Shown here: positions 27,591 through 43,917 of the stretch, in pieces
How the letters are laid out: each line of letters begins with the position of its first letter
Numbering within the stretch: the stretch's first letter is position 1
DNA from: Adineta vaga
Lineage: Eukaryota > Animalia > Rotifera
NCBI GenBank assembly: GCA_021613535.1
Contig: CP075495.1
Location: 8,804,001-8,868,000 of the forward strand
Direction of reading: 5' to 3'
Length of the DNA: 64,000 bases
The notes under the pieces: generated by a model
The model's database searches: none
What the model was told of the DNA's origin: nothing
Seen by the model: the letters and a program-made list of their open reading frames with translations, nothing else
Made by a program: the position numbers and the translations under genes

Positions 27591-28457
27591 GTTTATTGGA
27601 GTGATTGATCGAATTTTTAAATGAAATAAGGCAGATGGATAAATGAATGTATAACCTATACTATCATGTATAAAATAAAGAATTAAGAACGACTCGACTC
27701 GCACTCATAGGTATAGTATTATATGTTGAATAGTTCTTGATTTATACGATTAACCAATAGAATAGGCAAACATTTTTGTCGCTAGTAGACAGAGAGATAA
27801 TACTTCTTTATCCGATTTTGTTATTTTTATTTAGATTACTAGAAGATTCTATCAAAGAATATAAGAATTCATTAGTAAAGTGACTATTCCTATGAATAAA
27901 TTAGCTTTTTAAATTAGAGATGCGTGTAGGTGGTTGTTTAGAGTTGTGAAGTTTCGTTCTATTTTCACTCAGGTTTTCCTGTTCAACCAAAATTGCTTTG
28001 GATCTTATAGATCAATTTAGAGACGTAATGGCGATTTTAGAACAGTAAGTAACAATGTAAAAAATTATGAAGAACAAATTTGTTATCGAGAAAAATGTTT
28101 TAAAGATGAAATTTGCACTAGGAAGTTTGAATTTTGAAAAGAATTCACTGTGGTTAGATCATTGTGTTGCATTGAAAAGTGTGATCAAAGAATGTAAAAT
28201 AATGGATTCATAGTTTACTACCATGTTTATAGATAAGTGTTATAACTGAAGATCATATTTTCTTCTAATATTAATTTGAATATTAAGTCTTACGAGATAA
28301 ATATCGTACGTATATGATGCATATAGTTCTTTTTGCAATTCTCTATCAGGATTATGTCTACCGATATTTTATCATATTCTTGATAGGCAAAAAAATTTAT
28401 TTGTTCAGTTGAATATTTCTTAATTAGAATAATAAAAAAGAATACTTTATTTTCTTT

Positions 28458-30131
28458 CTAATAATTTCGCATTGGATCATTTGGTAAAGCTTGAGCAGTA
28501 TAGTAAGCAATAGGTTCTGGATATGGAATATTGTTTGATTGCAATGGACTCAGTGATGATTGTGTCGGTGCTAAAAGATTATTTGGCATATATTGACCAA
28601 ATATTTGTTGCAAATCATCAGAATTTTGTGCTTGAATAACAGTACTACCAGGTGTACGTAGAAGTTGATCAATATATTGGTCCAATGGAACGTCAGAATA
28701 AGTACGATATCGATGACGATTGTGTGGTGTTCGGGAAGGTTGATGATTAACGTGAGAAGAAGTTAGATCATCGTATAAAGGATTTTGATTATTGTGATAG
28801 ATTTCACGTATATGTCTAGTACCACGACGATGAGTTTTGTCTCCTGAATGTTGATCATTGTGATGAGGTGGTTGATATTGATTATGATTATCGTAGGAAA
28901 TTTGTTGTGATGATGGTTCATACGTATAACGATGAACATGATAATTATTGCCGAGACGATCTTGTTCAACAACGTCATTGATTTTCACAGCAATTGCTGA
29001 AGGAATATTCGCATCGATGAGAACATTTTCAATTGGATAATCAAGTTCAAGACGAGAAAGAGTATCATCATCGTGCTGTGGTGTTCGAAATGACGATCCA
29101 CGTTGTGGAAAAGAAGTCAGTTGTTTTGTACCCATATAGTTATTGGAATCATTCGTAGAAGGCTTATTTGTATTGAAATTTGATGGAAAACCGGCTGGAG
29201 GTGACTGTGAATTATTTATTGTCGAAAGTGGAGGTGGTGATGCGGAATTAACATTCATTCCAGAGAAAAAACTATTCATTGGTGATGTTGTCTGATTAGC
29301 ATTAATGCCAGAAGGACCATTTGATGCGTTTGGAGGTGGAGGTGGTGCTACTATAGGTTGATTATTGTTTCGTTCAGGTGGAGCAGCATTGCGTTGGGGC
29401 GCAGGTGTTACTGCTGTAGCTTGATTATTGTTTCGTTCAGGTGGAGCAGCATTGCGTTGCGGTACAGTATTAGTATTATTTCGTTCAGGTGGAGCAGCAT
29501 TGCGTTGCGGTACAGTATTAGTATTATTTCGTTCAGGTGGAGCAGCATTGCGTTGCGGTACAGTATTAGTATTATTTCGTTCAGGTGGAGCATTATTGCG
29601 TTGTGGTGCAGGTGGATTATTGTTTCGTTCAGGTGGAGCATTGTTGCGTTGCGGTGCAGGAGGATTATTGTTTCGTTCGGGTGGCGAAGTGTTTCGTTGA
29701 GGATTCATAGTATTTCTCTCCTATAGATAGAAAGAAAAGAATATGATCGTTGTTCTTTTGTTTCAAGTTAAAATTCTTTTACTTGTCCTTTTAGTTGGGT
29801 TTGTTCCGGTACGTTATAATTTCCTACACTTGCACCGTCATCATCATCGTCATCCTTGAACAAATAATAATCATATTCTAAGTTTAATTGGATATTTATC
29901 TATTATATATCTTTTACCGTTGGAGATGGTGGTTTTGTAATAGTACCTATAGGTGCTTGATTACCTTGACGATTTGGAGGTGGTCCGGAAGGTTTTGGTC
30001 GACTACTAGATATATGTTATGTATTTATATTGATATATGTATATATGATACGATAAAGAAAAACCTTGAGTTATCACTCACTTTGGCTTCTTGTTGAGTA
30101 TACCTTTCATACGTTGAAGGACTTTACTCAT
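28458..30131 (-). CDS. Uncharacterised Pro/Asn-rich protein with 16-aa tandem repeats, 4 exons
   Basis: Three small upstream exons (MSKVLQRMKG..., SRPKPSGPPP..., DDDDDGASVG...) splice in frame to the long ORF 29708-28458. Confidence 0.7.
29360..29702 (-). repeat. 48-bp coding tandem repeat, ~7 units (PQRNAAPPERNNTNTV)
   Basis: Recurrent tttcgttcaggtggagcagcattgcgttgcggtacagtattagtatta units; three central copies are essentially identical. Confidence 0.92.
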
Positions 30132-30608
30132 TTTTATATGTACGTATATACTGTTATTCGATAATACAAAAACTGAAATTGAATAAGAAAAGAAGAAGAG
30201 GATATTTGCAGATTTATCTTGATTGACAAGAATAGTTCATCATAACATCCTAAAATTACAAGCAAATAATATATATATATATCACTTTTTCTCATAAAGT
30301 ATTTAAAACATGGTGACACAAAACAACAAATACTAATTAAAATAAGGACAACTGCAGTAGCAAGAAAAAATGTATAGGTAAAAAAATACGTATCTAAGTC
30401 ATGATATAGTACAGCGAATCAGTCGTCCGTAGCTTGACGAATAAAAAAAATGCTACCATACAATATTGTAAAAATATACTGAAAGCATCTTGATTGAAAA
30501 TTAGAAATTTAAATATTATATTTCGTATTTTTATGTTTATTAATAATAAAAATAAGCGAGACTAGAAAATTTTCGGTAACATTTTTTTTCTTCAAATGCA
30601 TATGTTTA

Positions 30609-31979
30609 TTATATCACTGTTTGTGGAATTTTCCGTCGGACACGAGCTACAATTAAACCAGTACAACCAGCAACAGTAGCGATGAGGCCAAGTGTTAACA
30701 ATGTTCGCCATGAGAATAAATCGTCAAAACTGTTTAATTGAGAAAGAAATGAACCAGTTTGAACAATAATAAATGTATATGGTGCCATGCCTGGAAAGAA
30801 AATGAATTCGTGAACAGTAAAAACTCGAACTTGCATGATCTTTTTTTCCTCAGTTTACCGAAAAGAATTGAAAAGAAGAAGATTTTTCTCGGCACATTCA
30901 ATAATGGACATGTCATTGTTATAAGTGCATTGGGACTCATTGGTACCATTCGCATAAAAAGTAGTACAAAGAAAAGGTTATCGCGACCAGCTTCTACCTG
31001 TACAAAAATGAGAACGGAGTGCATAGAGTCAAACATTTCAAAAAAGAATTTACTTTTCTTTGTAATAGAACTATTTTCTTATAACAACATTGTACAACTA
31101 AATTACGAGCAAAATTAGAAACAATAAAATAACAAAAAATGGCACCCGTTGCTGTTAGTAAACAACAAAGAGGAAAACCAATCCATGTACCAAATAAAGC
31201 ACCGCCAAGTAAATTCTATGTTGAATAAAATAAACAAAAATCAGAATAATTTCGTACATAGAAAACAATTCAATTCAAACTACCAGAATTGCTGAACCTG
31301 GTAATGAAAATGCTTGTTTGTATAAATATGCTGAACAATAAAGTAATAAAAGATAAGCAAGATGATCATCACGATAATGTTGTAATGTATTGGATAAGTT
31401 TTTCACAGCTTCAATACTTCGTGGAAAATGAAGAGTTGCTCTAAAATAAAATAAAAATTACGATTCCAAAATCTACAATTGAACTTCGATAGATTCTAAT
31501 AAGGAGTAAAAGAATGTGACTTATGCGTAAAAAATGTTTTCATTTTTTCTTCGATTAGAAATGTTTTTCGTGAATCATTAGATGGTATTCAATATTAGAA
31601 CAAATTTCATAACAACAAAATACGTGCATATGTTAATCTGTAGAAAGGCAAATTACCTGTCACTATCTGTATCCAATGGTGGTGCATTTGTTGATAAAAT
31701 GTACATGTAAAATGTAGCTAATGCAAATATCAATGGAATAAACCAAACTGTAGACGAACTGTCTGAAAGAACAAAATAGGATGTTCATAAATCGGTAGAC
31801 GGAAAATCGACTGATGAAATCTTACTCATAAAACTAAATGGTGATTTTTTGAATGACGAAGCTGATGGTGAAGAGGATGGTGTTGATGTTGATGATGTTA
31901 CAGATGATGAATCAATTCCAATCGATGTTTGTCTTGGAATTAATTCCATTTCAAGTTCGGATTCATGTTGTTGTCTCAT
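30609..31979 (-). CDS. TMEM41A: TMEM41A-like (DedA/VTT-domain lipid scramblase family)
   Basis: HFPRSIE, SAYLYKQAFSLPGSAIL|NLLGGALFG, LLQRK|VEAGRDNLFFVLLFMRMVPMSPN, PYTFIIVQTGSFLSQL. Confidence 0.85.
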
Positions 31980-32424
31980 TGTTCACTAATCTTAAACTTC
32001 AATTATAAAACTAACCATTAGCATATTTGTTATATTTATTTCTGTAATACTAAAATATTCAAATAAGAAAAATGAGTCTATGCATTCTTTCCAATAAATT
32101 TATTTTATATAAATGCTATACATTATATATGTCGTATTTTTTCAAAATTATAATGTATATATTGTTCTATTGCACACAGTAAGATAGTTTAGATGTGAAT
32201 GCCTATCACTGTTTTGTACAAAATAAAGAAAGAAAAAGAAAAAAGTGGAGAAAGAATAAGAGCGAAAACAAAACATGCAAGAAAGGCAAAATATCTGAAC
32301 TTTGTTTTTCTATTGTGTGGTTTTTTGAAGAAAAAAATTCGCGGATAAACGTTGACCAGACAAAAAAAATGAGAGAGACATCTGACATAATTTGTTTTCT
32401 TTTTTCGTTTGAAGGATATATATA

Positions 32425-33671
32425 TTACAAATCAAGAATAGGAAGATTATCTTCTTGGGAATAAAAGGGAAAAGTAGACGCAGTTGTTGGAAGACCATTC
32501 GATGGCGAATAATTAGTTATAGGATGAGAAGATGTAGAGATTTGTTGAGTTTGTGCTGGCTGTTGTTGTTGTTGTTGTTGTTGTTGTTGATAAAATGATG
32601 ATGATGAAGTCTGATAGGAATAATTTTGAATACCATAGATATTTGAGCGTTGTTGGGAATGATGATTATAACCTGGTACAGTTACTGGTTGAACAGGTGG
32701 ATAACACGTTGGTTGATAGTATGAATTCTAAATGAACAAGAATCAATAAATTTTATTGTTTTATTTTCTTCTAGACAACTAGTTAACTTACGGGATCTAC
32801 AGACGTATCATTTTCAGACGATGTTTGTAACTGTTGATAATATTGTCCTGTTGTATTATTAATATTATTATTATTATTGTATGGGAGATTAGAATATGGT
32901 GATGATGATGTTGTTTGTTGTTGTTGATTGTACATAATTCGTTGTTGATGTTGCACAGCCATTTGTTTTAATGTTTGTGCAGCAACTGCGGATGGTCGAT
33001 TGGAAATTGGCATTGAATGCGGACTATAATGAATCGTACTTGAACCGCGTGGCATTGAATTTCGTCGTCGATCTGGTGATGATGTTGCCGAGATTTGAGA
33101 TGGTAAAGATAATGATGAATGTCGTTTAGAAATTGAATCGTGTTCTTGAACTGATGATGTCGAAGATGAAGAAGGTAGATCGTCAAATGTTGATAAAAAT
33201 AAATAATCATCGGTTTTTTGTTTTATTCCATTTAGAAATTCATCGAATAAATCTCGATCAGCTGGTGTAATATCTTGTACAACACGTTGAAAATCAGCTT
33301 CACTTAATAAATCATTATTTGAGATTTTTAATTGTGGTTTTGGTGTTGATTTAATATTGATTGTTGAACTAACAGTTATATCACTTGTTGCCGACTGTTG
33401 AATATTAAATTCTTGAATTATTTTTGTTGTTTGTTGATAATTTGTTAATGAGTTATTATAAGTATTTTTATTTAGATTATTAGTTGATGTTGGTGAACGA
33501 CAACAAAATGATTTTGTACTTTTATCATGTTCAATATCAAATGAATAAAAATGTTCGCGATCATCATTTGGACCTAATTTACGCTTTGGATGTGTTGATG
33601 TCTAAAAATAAAATATAGAATAATGGAAAAAAAACAATCGAATGATTAATCACCTGTTCTATCGATTCCAT
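32425..33671 (-). CDS. Low-complexity Gln/Ser-rich protein with a mastermind-like motif
   Basis: Exons of about 33671-33654, 33602-32790 and 32727-32425. Contains an acidic block (DLLSEADFQ...DLFDEFLNG), the motif AAQTLKQMAVQHQQ (recalled from invertebrate Mastermind proteins), poly-Q and an acidic-hydrophobic C-terminus EDNLPILDL. Confidence 0.55.
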
Positions 33672-35580
33672 ATTTATATTTATATTTATATAAAGTAATG
33701 AAGAAAAAAAAACTAGTAGATGTATAATACTACTATTATTATCTCTTGTTTTATTTTCTATATCCTTATTTCCATTTCGAGGCAATGAATACGTGCCAAA
33801 ACTAATAAAATGAACTCACCAATGGCCTGGCTAATAATGCAAGGTCATTGGACCCAGAAATTTTATACATTTATTTATTCAAAATAATTCTTATATAAAC
33901 AAAATAGGATTCCACTATCACATGGATACGATTAGCCGATCAGCGTCATCATTTTATCGAAGTGACAGATGTAGTTGTGATTATCTCGGAGAATTTCTAC
34001 GTGTGTTCTGTTCTTGCGATAATGCCCAATGATCAACAATAGTCAGAACAGTGTGCCCGATCGATATGTATGTGCAAGGGTTCTTTTCTCGTTCGTATTA
34101 CCTTTTCTCTTTTTCTTTCTTTCTTTCTTTCTTTCTTTTCTCTGCCCGTTCATTTTTACTCGTCGTTCGTTGTTCACGTCAAAGTGGCCTTGGAGCTGCT
34201 CAAATATATACATACGCAAAGAGGAGGAAAAAAGAGTACAAGCAGTCTTCTCTTTTCTTTCCATTCCTTTTTTTCGCGTAACAGTTCAATCGTATATGTA
34301 TATTGGCGCGCGATCAATGAATGGATATAACATCACATATAAACATTCGCTCGCACACATACATACATACATACACACATTACCAAGAGAAAAAGAAGCA
34401 AAGTTGAGGCCAGAATAAAAACTTGCTCTAATTTCTCTTTTTCTTTCCCTTCTTTTGTATTCTGTATCAAGAATAATGACCACAATCTTTCATTGTCTCT
34501 TCTCTTAACTTCTCTTTCTGACAGATTAGTAGAACAAAAGGAGAAAGAAAAACATCGAACTAAAGAAGAATGACATAGTTCAATAAAAAAAAAGTAGAAC
34601 TAAGTCAGTATTTTTTGTACATAGTCAAGACTAATATTGTCGTCTGTAACATATTCTTTACTCGGTATAGACATCAAGTCTTCATGTAAATGTCAGATTA
34701 ATCTGTATCGTTTTAAGTCACATGATTATGTAAAGTATAGACATACGAGAACAAAAATGTTGCTTTTCTTTTTGCTACTGAACTATTCGAAGCATCATGA
34801 TATATTTGATGATTTTTAAAGGTTGTTGAAAAAAAGAAATCGTCGATCTTTCCAAGGTCACAAAAGTAAAATAATCAACTGTACGTTTCATGTCAAATGT
34901 TTTGTCATACTAAATGATTCTCGCAAGAAAAAAGGGTAATTACTAAAATTCATATTCAATCATGGACATCAGAGATTCTCCAGGAGAAATAGATCATGTT
35001 ATCGGTTAAAGTTTTTGAAACTTACTTCATAAGTATACATTTTCTTGGATGAATCTTTATCAGCACAGAATAAAATAATGTTAAAATATCAGTTCAAACA
35101 TCAACTAAATGAAAAACTATTTATTATTAAATACAATCGACATACGATGAATACTAACCATCCAGTTTCAATAAATGTTCCACTCCGTTGCATACGTCGA
35201 GGAGACAGAAATATAATCATCCCGCTATATTGACAATCATATAAAATCTCAGAACTTTTTGTATAAGAAAACTTGTTCGATGAAATTTGCATCATATCTA
35301 GCAACAAAATGTTTACAATTCTATCGAAAACGTTTTTTTTCCTCCAAAGTATAAGATCATTGCTCCTTCCGAGTTCCCTTTCCTTTCCTATCAAAATGTA
35401 AGAAGAAATGATTGGCTCATCTCATCCTCCATTCTGCACTTACTAGACAATCTTAGCGCTCTCTATAACGAATCATCAAATTAATAATTATTACAAATGA
35501 AATCAAACTTTTTCCGAATAAAACAAAACTATATTGATGAACAAGTCAAACTAATAATAATCCAAAGAACGTTCCAGTTA

Positions 35581-35625
35581 ATTACTCCCTAGTAACCAAA
35601 TATAATCATTACTCATGATGGTAAC
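35581..35625 (+). promoter_or_regulatory. Possible RFX X-box-like elements upstream of DNAAF1
   Basis: Two related degenerate elements, ATTACTCCCTAGTAAC (35581-35596) and ATTACTCATGATGGTAAC (35608-35625), end in the RGYAAC half-site 55-100 nt upstream of a ciliary gene. Confidence 0.3.
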
Positions 35626-35679
35626 AATTCTACAAAACTCTCGATTCGTTTTCTTTCAATAAATTCTTCTTCATTAACA

Positions 35680-37462
35680 ATGCCCTCAGAATTAATCGAA
35701 ACTGCTATTGAAAATATGCTTGTTCCAGCGAAATTAACATCATCATCATCATTGATTAAAATCGAAGAAACACCGAAACGTGAGGAAACACGTTATCCTC
35801 GAATGACCAAAGAATTTATTAAAAAACATTGCAAAGAACATAAATTATATCAAACACCTTATTTAAATGATGTTCTCTATTTACATTTCAAAGGATTTGG
35901 TCGAATTGAAAATTTAGAAGAATATGTTGGATTGAAATGTCTTTGGTTAGAATCAAATGGAATACAATGTATTGAAAATCTTGATCATCAATTAGAATTA
36001 CGTTGTCTCTATTTACATCAAAATTTAATTAGTCGAATCGAAAATTTAGATCATTTACAACATTTAGATACTATTAATTTATCGAATAATTATATTACAA
36101 AAATTGAAAATCTAGGTAAGATTGATACAACCAAACTAAGTTTATGATTTCCTTTTCTTCGTTCTCTTTTCTAGCAATGTTACCCAAATTAAATTCACTA
36201 TATCTATCACATAATAAATTGGAAACAGTCGAAGATATTCAACATTTAAAAGAATGTAAAACATTAAGTGTAGTCGATTTATCACATAATTGCATCGATG
36301 ATCCAGATGCTGTTGACGTTTTGAGTCAAATGGCTAATATTGTAAATTGTTGATGAATAGACTTTAATGTGTTTCATATTTATTTCCTTTATTTAGCGTG
36401 TAATTAATTTAATGGGCAATTCATTATTGAAAAATGTCAAAGATTATCGACGGACAATGACACTTGGATGTGTAAGTTTTCATTATCTCGTTCAATCTTG
36501 AGTTAAAATATTTTTATAGGTTAATTTAACTTATCTCGATGATCGACCAGTGTTTCCAAGAGATCGAGCATGTGCTAATGCATGGTATGATCTATTTATT
36601 CATTGCACATGAGTGAGTATTCGTTTTTAAATTAGGGCTCAAGGTGGTCGAGAAGCTGAACGTGAAGAGCGTCAATTATGGGATACACCTGAACGTAAAC
36701 GTAGTACACAACCTGTTCATGGTAAATCAGAAATGACTAAATGTTTCCAAGCAAATAAAACATGTATACTGATGTTTTGTAGATGTAATGTATATACGTC
36801 GACATTTTTTGGGTGATCGAGGTGAAAATGAACTTGATATTCAACAAAGTGAAAATGAATTACGTGGAGAAACCGAAGAAATAAATCAAGAAAATGAACA
36901 TGATGATGAACCACCACCACTTGAAGATATAAATGAATCAGAAACAGAAGAAGAAGCAGAAGAGGACGAGGAAGAAAATGAAAATGAAATTAAAACTGAA
37001 AAGGAAACGACTGAATCAATTGTCGAAATGATACCGTCCGAAAAACCCAAAGACGACGATATCGGTAAATTTTGACCTTTGAAAACATTTTTGCGGATCG
37101 AATAACATCTCTAATCTTTTCTATTTATCAGATATGCCTTTTATTCGACCACCATTACAGAATGTTGAAAGTCGCATGTCATTCGATACTATATTTGGTG
37201 CATCTCAAAGTATGTAATTCTTAGTACTTCTCTCTTCTCATAAGAATTCTTCTTCTTATAGAATCGAATTCTGATACTAATGAGAAACCAGTTAGATTGA
37301 AAATAATTGATATGGATGATATTGATGAAGACAGTCCATCCGCTGGTAACGTCAGAAATGAATTCTTTCTTCATTCATATGTATCTTTCTTTCTTAGATC
37401 CACCAATGGAATCAAATCCACCACCATCAACGACAAGAAAAGTTTTAATTGAAGAATTATAA
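35680..37462 (+). CDS. DNAAF1: Dynein axonemal assembly factor 1 (LRRC50/ODA7)
   Basis: [58 protein letters not shown] units, [24 protein letters not shown], acidic tail ending LIEEL. Confidence 0.94.
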
Positions 37463-38152
37463 TATAAACCTAAAAAATCTTCCATGTCTATGTGTATACC
37501 TGCTTTTGTTTTAAAAACTTTAAACTAATAATAAATAATATGTTTTTTTTTCCTTGGTTATTATCTTAATTCATGTTACATTCTGTAATAATAAATGCAA
37601 TGCACGAGCGACATTCTATTCTATGTTCGAACAATAAATTCTAAAATGATGATTCATTGGTCTTCGAATGGACAAAGACATTGTTTACAAAAGTTCGAAT
37701 TCGAAGAGTCATATCATATTATCTGAGGTTCTATTCTCATATCGAGGTCGAAATCGAGAAAAAAAATAAATATGTAGAAACAGAATGACGATGCACGTTG
37801 GATCGAATAACACACATATATATATATATTTATCCTGCTAGAGAAAATTAAATTCGAGCTGTAAAGAAGTGACATATTATACCGTACACATGTCTATATA
37901 TATAAACCAAAGTCATTGGTTGATATGTTTGTCTGCCGGCAAGTGTCTTTCTCTCTTTCCGACGAAAATAATCATTATACGTCGAACAAACATACTATTC
38001 ATACAGTTATACATTACCATTCTAGATGACCATACTGCTTCTCTTTCACGAGCACTAAGAAGAAAAACTCTGATCACACGCGTACTTATAAACAATAGAT
38101 ATATACATTTGATTATTTTAATTACATATAAATTGACAAAGAGAAGACAAGT

Positions 38153-40878
<2,726 letters not shown>

Positions 40879-42504
40879 AATTCAAGAAATAAACATTCTC
40901 TTTCTTTCTTCTATCTTTCACTCTCATATGTGCAATTTTCTTTATTTTTTTTGTGGCTTGTACTTACGCGGTTTGTATTTTTTTCTCCTTTCTTCTTTTC
41001 TCTATTAATTCAATTCAGTCGAATGAATATGTTCATCCCTTGAGCTTATTTTTTCTTTTCTCTCTCTCCTTCTCTAGTTCTTATTGTTATTATTACTATT
41101 TGTATCTGTGTGTGCGCGCGCGTTTGTACGAATCAGACAAACAGCAAAAAAATAAACTTGAATTTTCTTTATTTCCAGTTCTAACAGCGCCGACAATAGT
41201 GTACAAGAGATAACTGTTGATGATGATTATTATTGTTCTTGTTCTTCTTCTCTATACACTATGTTCAAAACAAAATGTCTTTTCTTTCTGCTTTTATATC
41301 TCTGAATACATATGCAGAGAGAAAGAAAACAAAGATATTCAAATAAATGATCAATAAAATAATTCATAATAACGTAGAAAATTAAAAAAAAAAAGAAACT
41401 TGTAACATGCTGTTATATTATGAAACAAACATTAAAAAAAACCTAGATTTCTTCATTTTTTATTCTTGTTCGTTTCTTTTTTATGAAACTAAACGCATAC
41501 TTAATACATATGAAAATGTTCGTTTTTCTTTACAAGTAAAACTCAATTAAATGTTGAAAAACCATGCATATTCTTTTTTGAATTTGAAGTGTAGACAATG
41601 ATGTCTAGAGGGTGAAGTGCATTTATGATTTGCACGTTGAATTACGAATGTATAACAAAATGACGAACGATGAAGGGTAAAAGCAATGATTAGATATTCG
41701 ATGATACAAAACGTAGGTCACACAGAAGAGAAACAAAATGATCAACGATAGTAAAACTCAAAGAATCTTTATTATAGTGATTATTGATTTTTGCTACTGA
41801 ATATGTAAGGAATAATCATTTGATGTTTGGTATGTTGTAATTCATTGCATATTGACAATATGATCTCGAATATATATATAAACTCAATGGCTTCAGTTTT
41901 ACATAATAAAAGTCATTAAATATTTTTCTTCAATGGCTTCTTCTTTTTTTTGAACATCATCTTGAAAATGTTTTTCATATTCATACGTAAAAAAAAGTAT
42001 AGTATAGAATAAATATTATAGAGAAAAGGACGATTTCTTTTGAAATTAATATTGTTCACCAAATGATATATTTATATATTTAATTTAATACAAAAAAAAA
42101 ACACCCGTGTTGAATCATCATATACTCCTGATATTGTACTACTCGAGAAAAATCTACTTTCACTTATAAAATCAACTTCTGCACAGATACAAACGAACAA
42201 AGAAAAAGAACAAATATAAATATAAAAATGGTTGACAATAAGATCACAAAATTTACCCATATAACTTATTTGAAAATTTTCATTTTATTTCTTTCACTTT
42301 GCCAACTATCGTCAAAGAGAACAAAAAGAAGAAAACAACAAATACATAAATGAAATAATATTTAAATCGTACATATAAACGAGCAATACAACACATACAT
42401 ATATCTATACTTAAAACGAAAAGAGAAACCATGCTTATATCACAAGAAAAAAGTTCGCAAAAACAGATGTTATCGCAAACAAAACCTAGATGATGCTTTT
42501 CTTA

Positions 42505-43262
42505 TTATTCTTGGTGAATCGATGTATTTTCATCTGTATTTGCCCATGTTAAACGATCTTCATAAAAACGAATGACATGTTGAGGACTTTTGATATTAGC
42601 TAGAAGAAAAGAAAAGTAATTTATAAATAATTTGAAACTGTGAGTAGCACGTACCAATCCGAGATGGTACTAACTCAGGTTTATCTGTTGCTTGCCATTT
42701 GATTCTAAATAAATGATGTTTATTTTTTAAATTAAACATAAGAGAAGTAAAGAATTGTTTTCAATCTTACAAAAACATTAATTCACCATAGACATCAGTT
42801 GCTCCGAGAATTTTCTCAATTTCGAGTCCACGTCCATAACCAAAATCGTTGGCACGTTTATTTTTCTTTGATGAATCTGATACATCTTGTTGTTGATCAA
42901 TACTTTCACGTGCTGATCGTTTATTCGAGTGATTATTATATGTTGTATTCGTTTGATTAGATGACTCATTTGAAGATTTCTTCGATTGTATACTTATTCG
43001 TTTATGATAATCAGCAATTAATTCTGGACAATCAAGATTTATTTCAGGTTCCTAAAATATGAAAGAATGCATCAAATTTCAACAGGTAATTTTGTTTTTA
43101 TCTTACCCAGGTATTTTCAGATTCATTAAAACCTTTCCATTTCAAAAAATAATAAACTTCTCCATTGATAACTTTTCGATCAAGAATTTTTTCGACAATA
43201 AATTCTGTTTCTTCTAATGCATCGTTTTGTTCATCCACTTGATTTTCAATATGTTTTCCCAT
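42505..43262 (-). CDS. Heterochromatin protein 1 / chromobox (chromo + chromoshadow), 4 exons
   Basis: [33 protein letters not shown]|[12 protein letters not shown] (aromatic cage intact) and [19 protein letters not shown]|LIKW...[14 protein letters not shown]. Confidence 0.94.
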
Positions 43263-43917
43263 GATTATAACAAATGAAGAGGATCAAACAAATCTAAAAT
43301 CAACAAAAAATGTGTCCAGTCGATATCAACATAATGTGTCGTGTTCACTGTTGCGTGAGAAGATATATTACACACGCATATGTAGATATTAAGTTTTACT
43401 TTTTTCTTTTTTTTTCATTCTTTCTTACTTGTCGTTTGTCTCTGTCTACTTAATGAGAATGATTCATCAGATGTGAGTTTTTCAAAGATAATAAAAACAA
43501 ATTTTATTTAACAACTGACAAACGTCCCATAAGAAAAATATTCTTTTTATTGGGTTAGGAAGAATATAAGTTGAACGATTGTAGTGCTATATATTGATTG
43601 GTGCATAGGTATTCTATGGAACAAACTCGATGGAATGGAAGAAAGACTCGACTCGAGCAGATTTTATTTCTCAAGAATTCATTGAATTGAAGTAATATCT
43701 AATAGATTCTTCGAGAATCATTTCGTCTGTGAAATTAGAACAAAAGGATTTCTATGGTTCCGAAAACCTCGCTATCTCAGATTTGATTTTCATCAAAATG
43801 TAATGTTGGGAAATGTATCGAAAACAGTTAAATAGAAAAACATTTTCTGATTTATTTGATTCTCAAATAAATAAAAAATATCATTTGAAAGTGTTCGTTT
43901 ATATTTACACAAATCTT

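Noticed and set aside
29358-29726. CRISPR-like or overlapping-gene interpretation of the repeat
   Set aside because: Units are contiguous 48-bp tandem copies with no unique spacers; the extra ORFs are alternative frames of a coding repeat.
33800-34900. CAAGGTCA/CAAGGCCA nuclear-receptor-like sites and short ORFs upstream of the mastermind-like gene
   Set aside because: Too short to be significant without conservation data; the ORFs are low-complexity.
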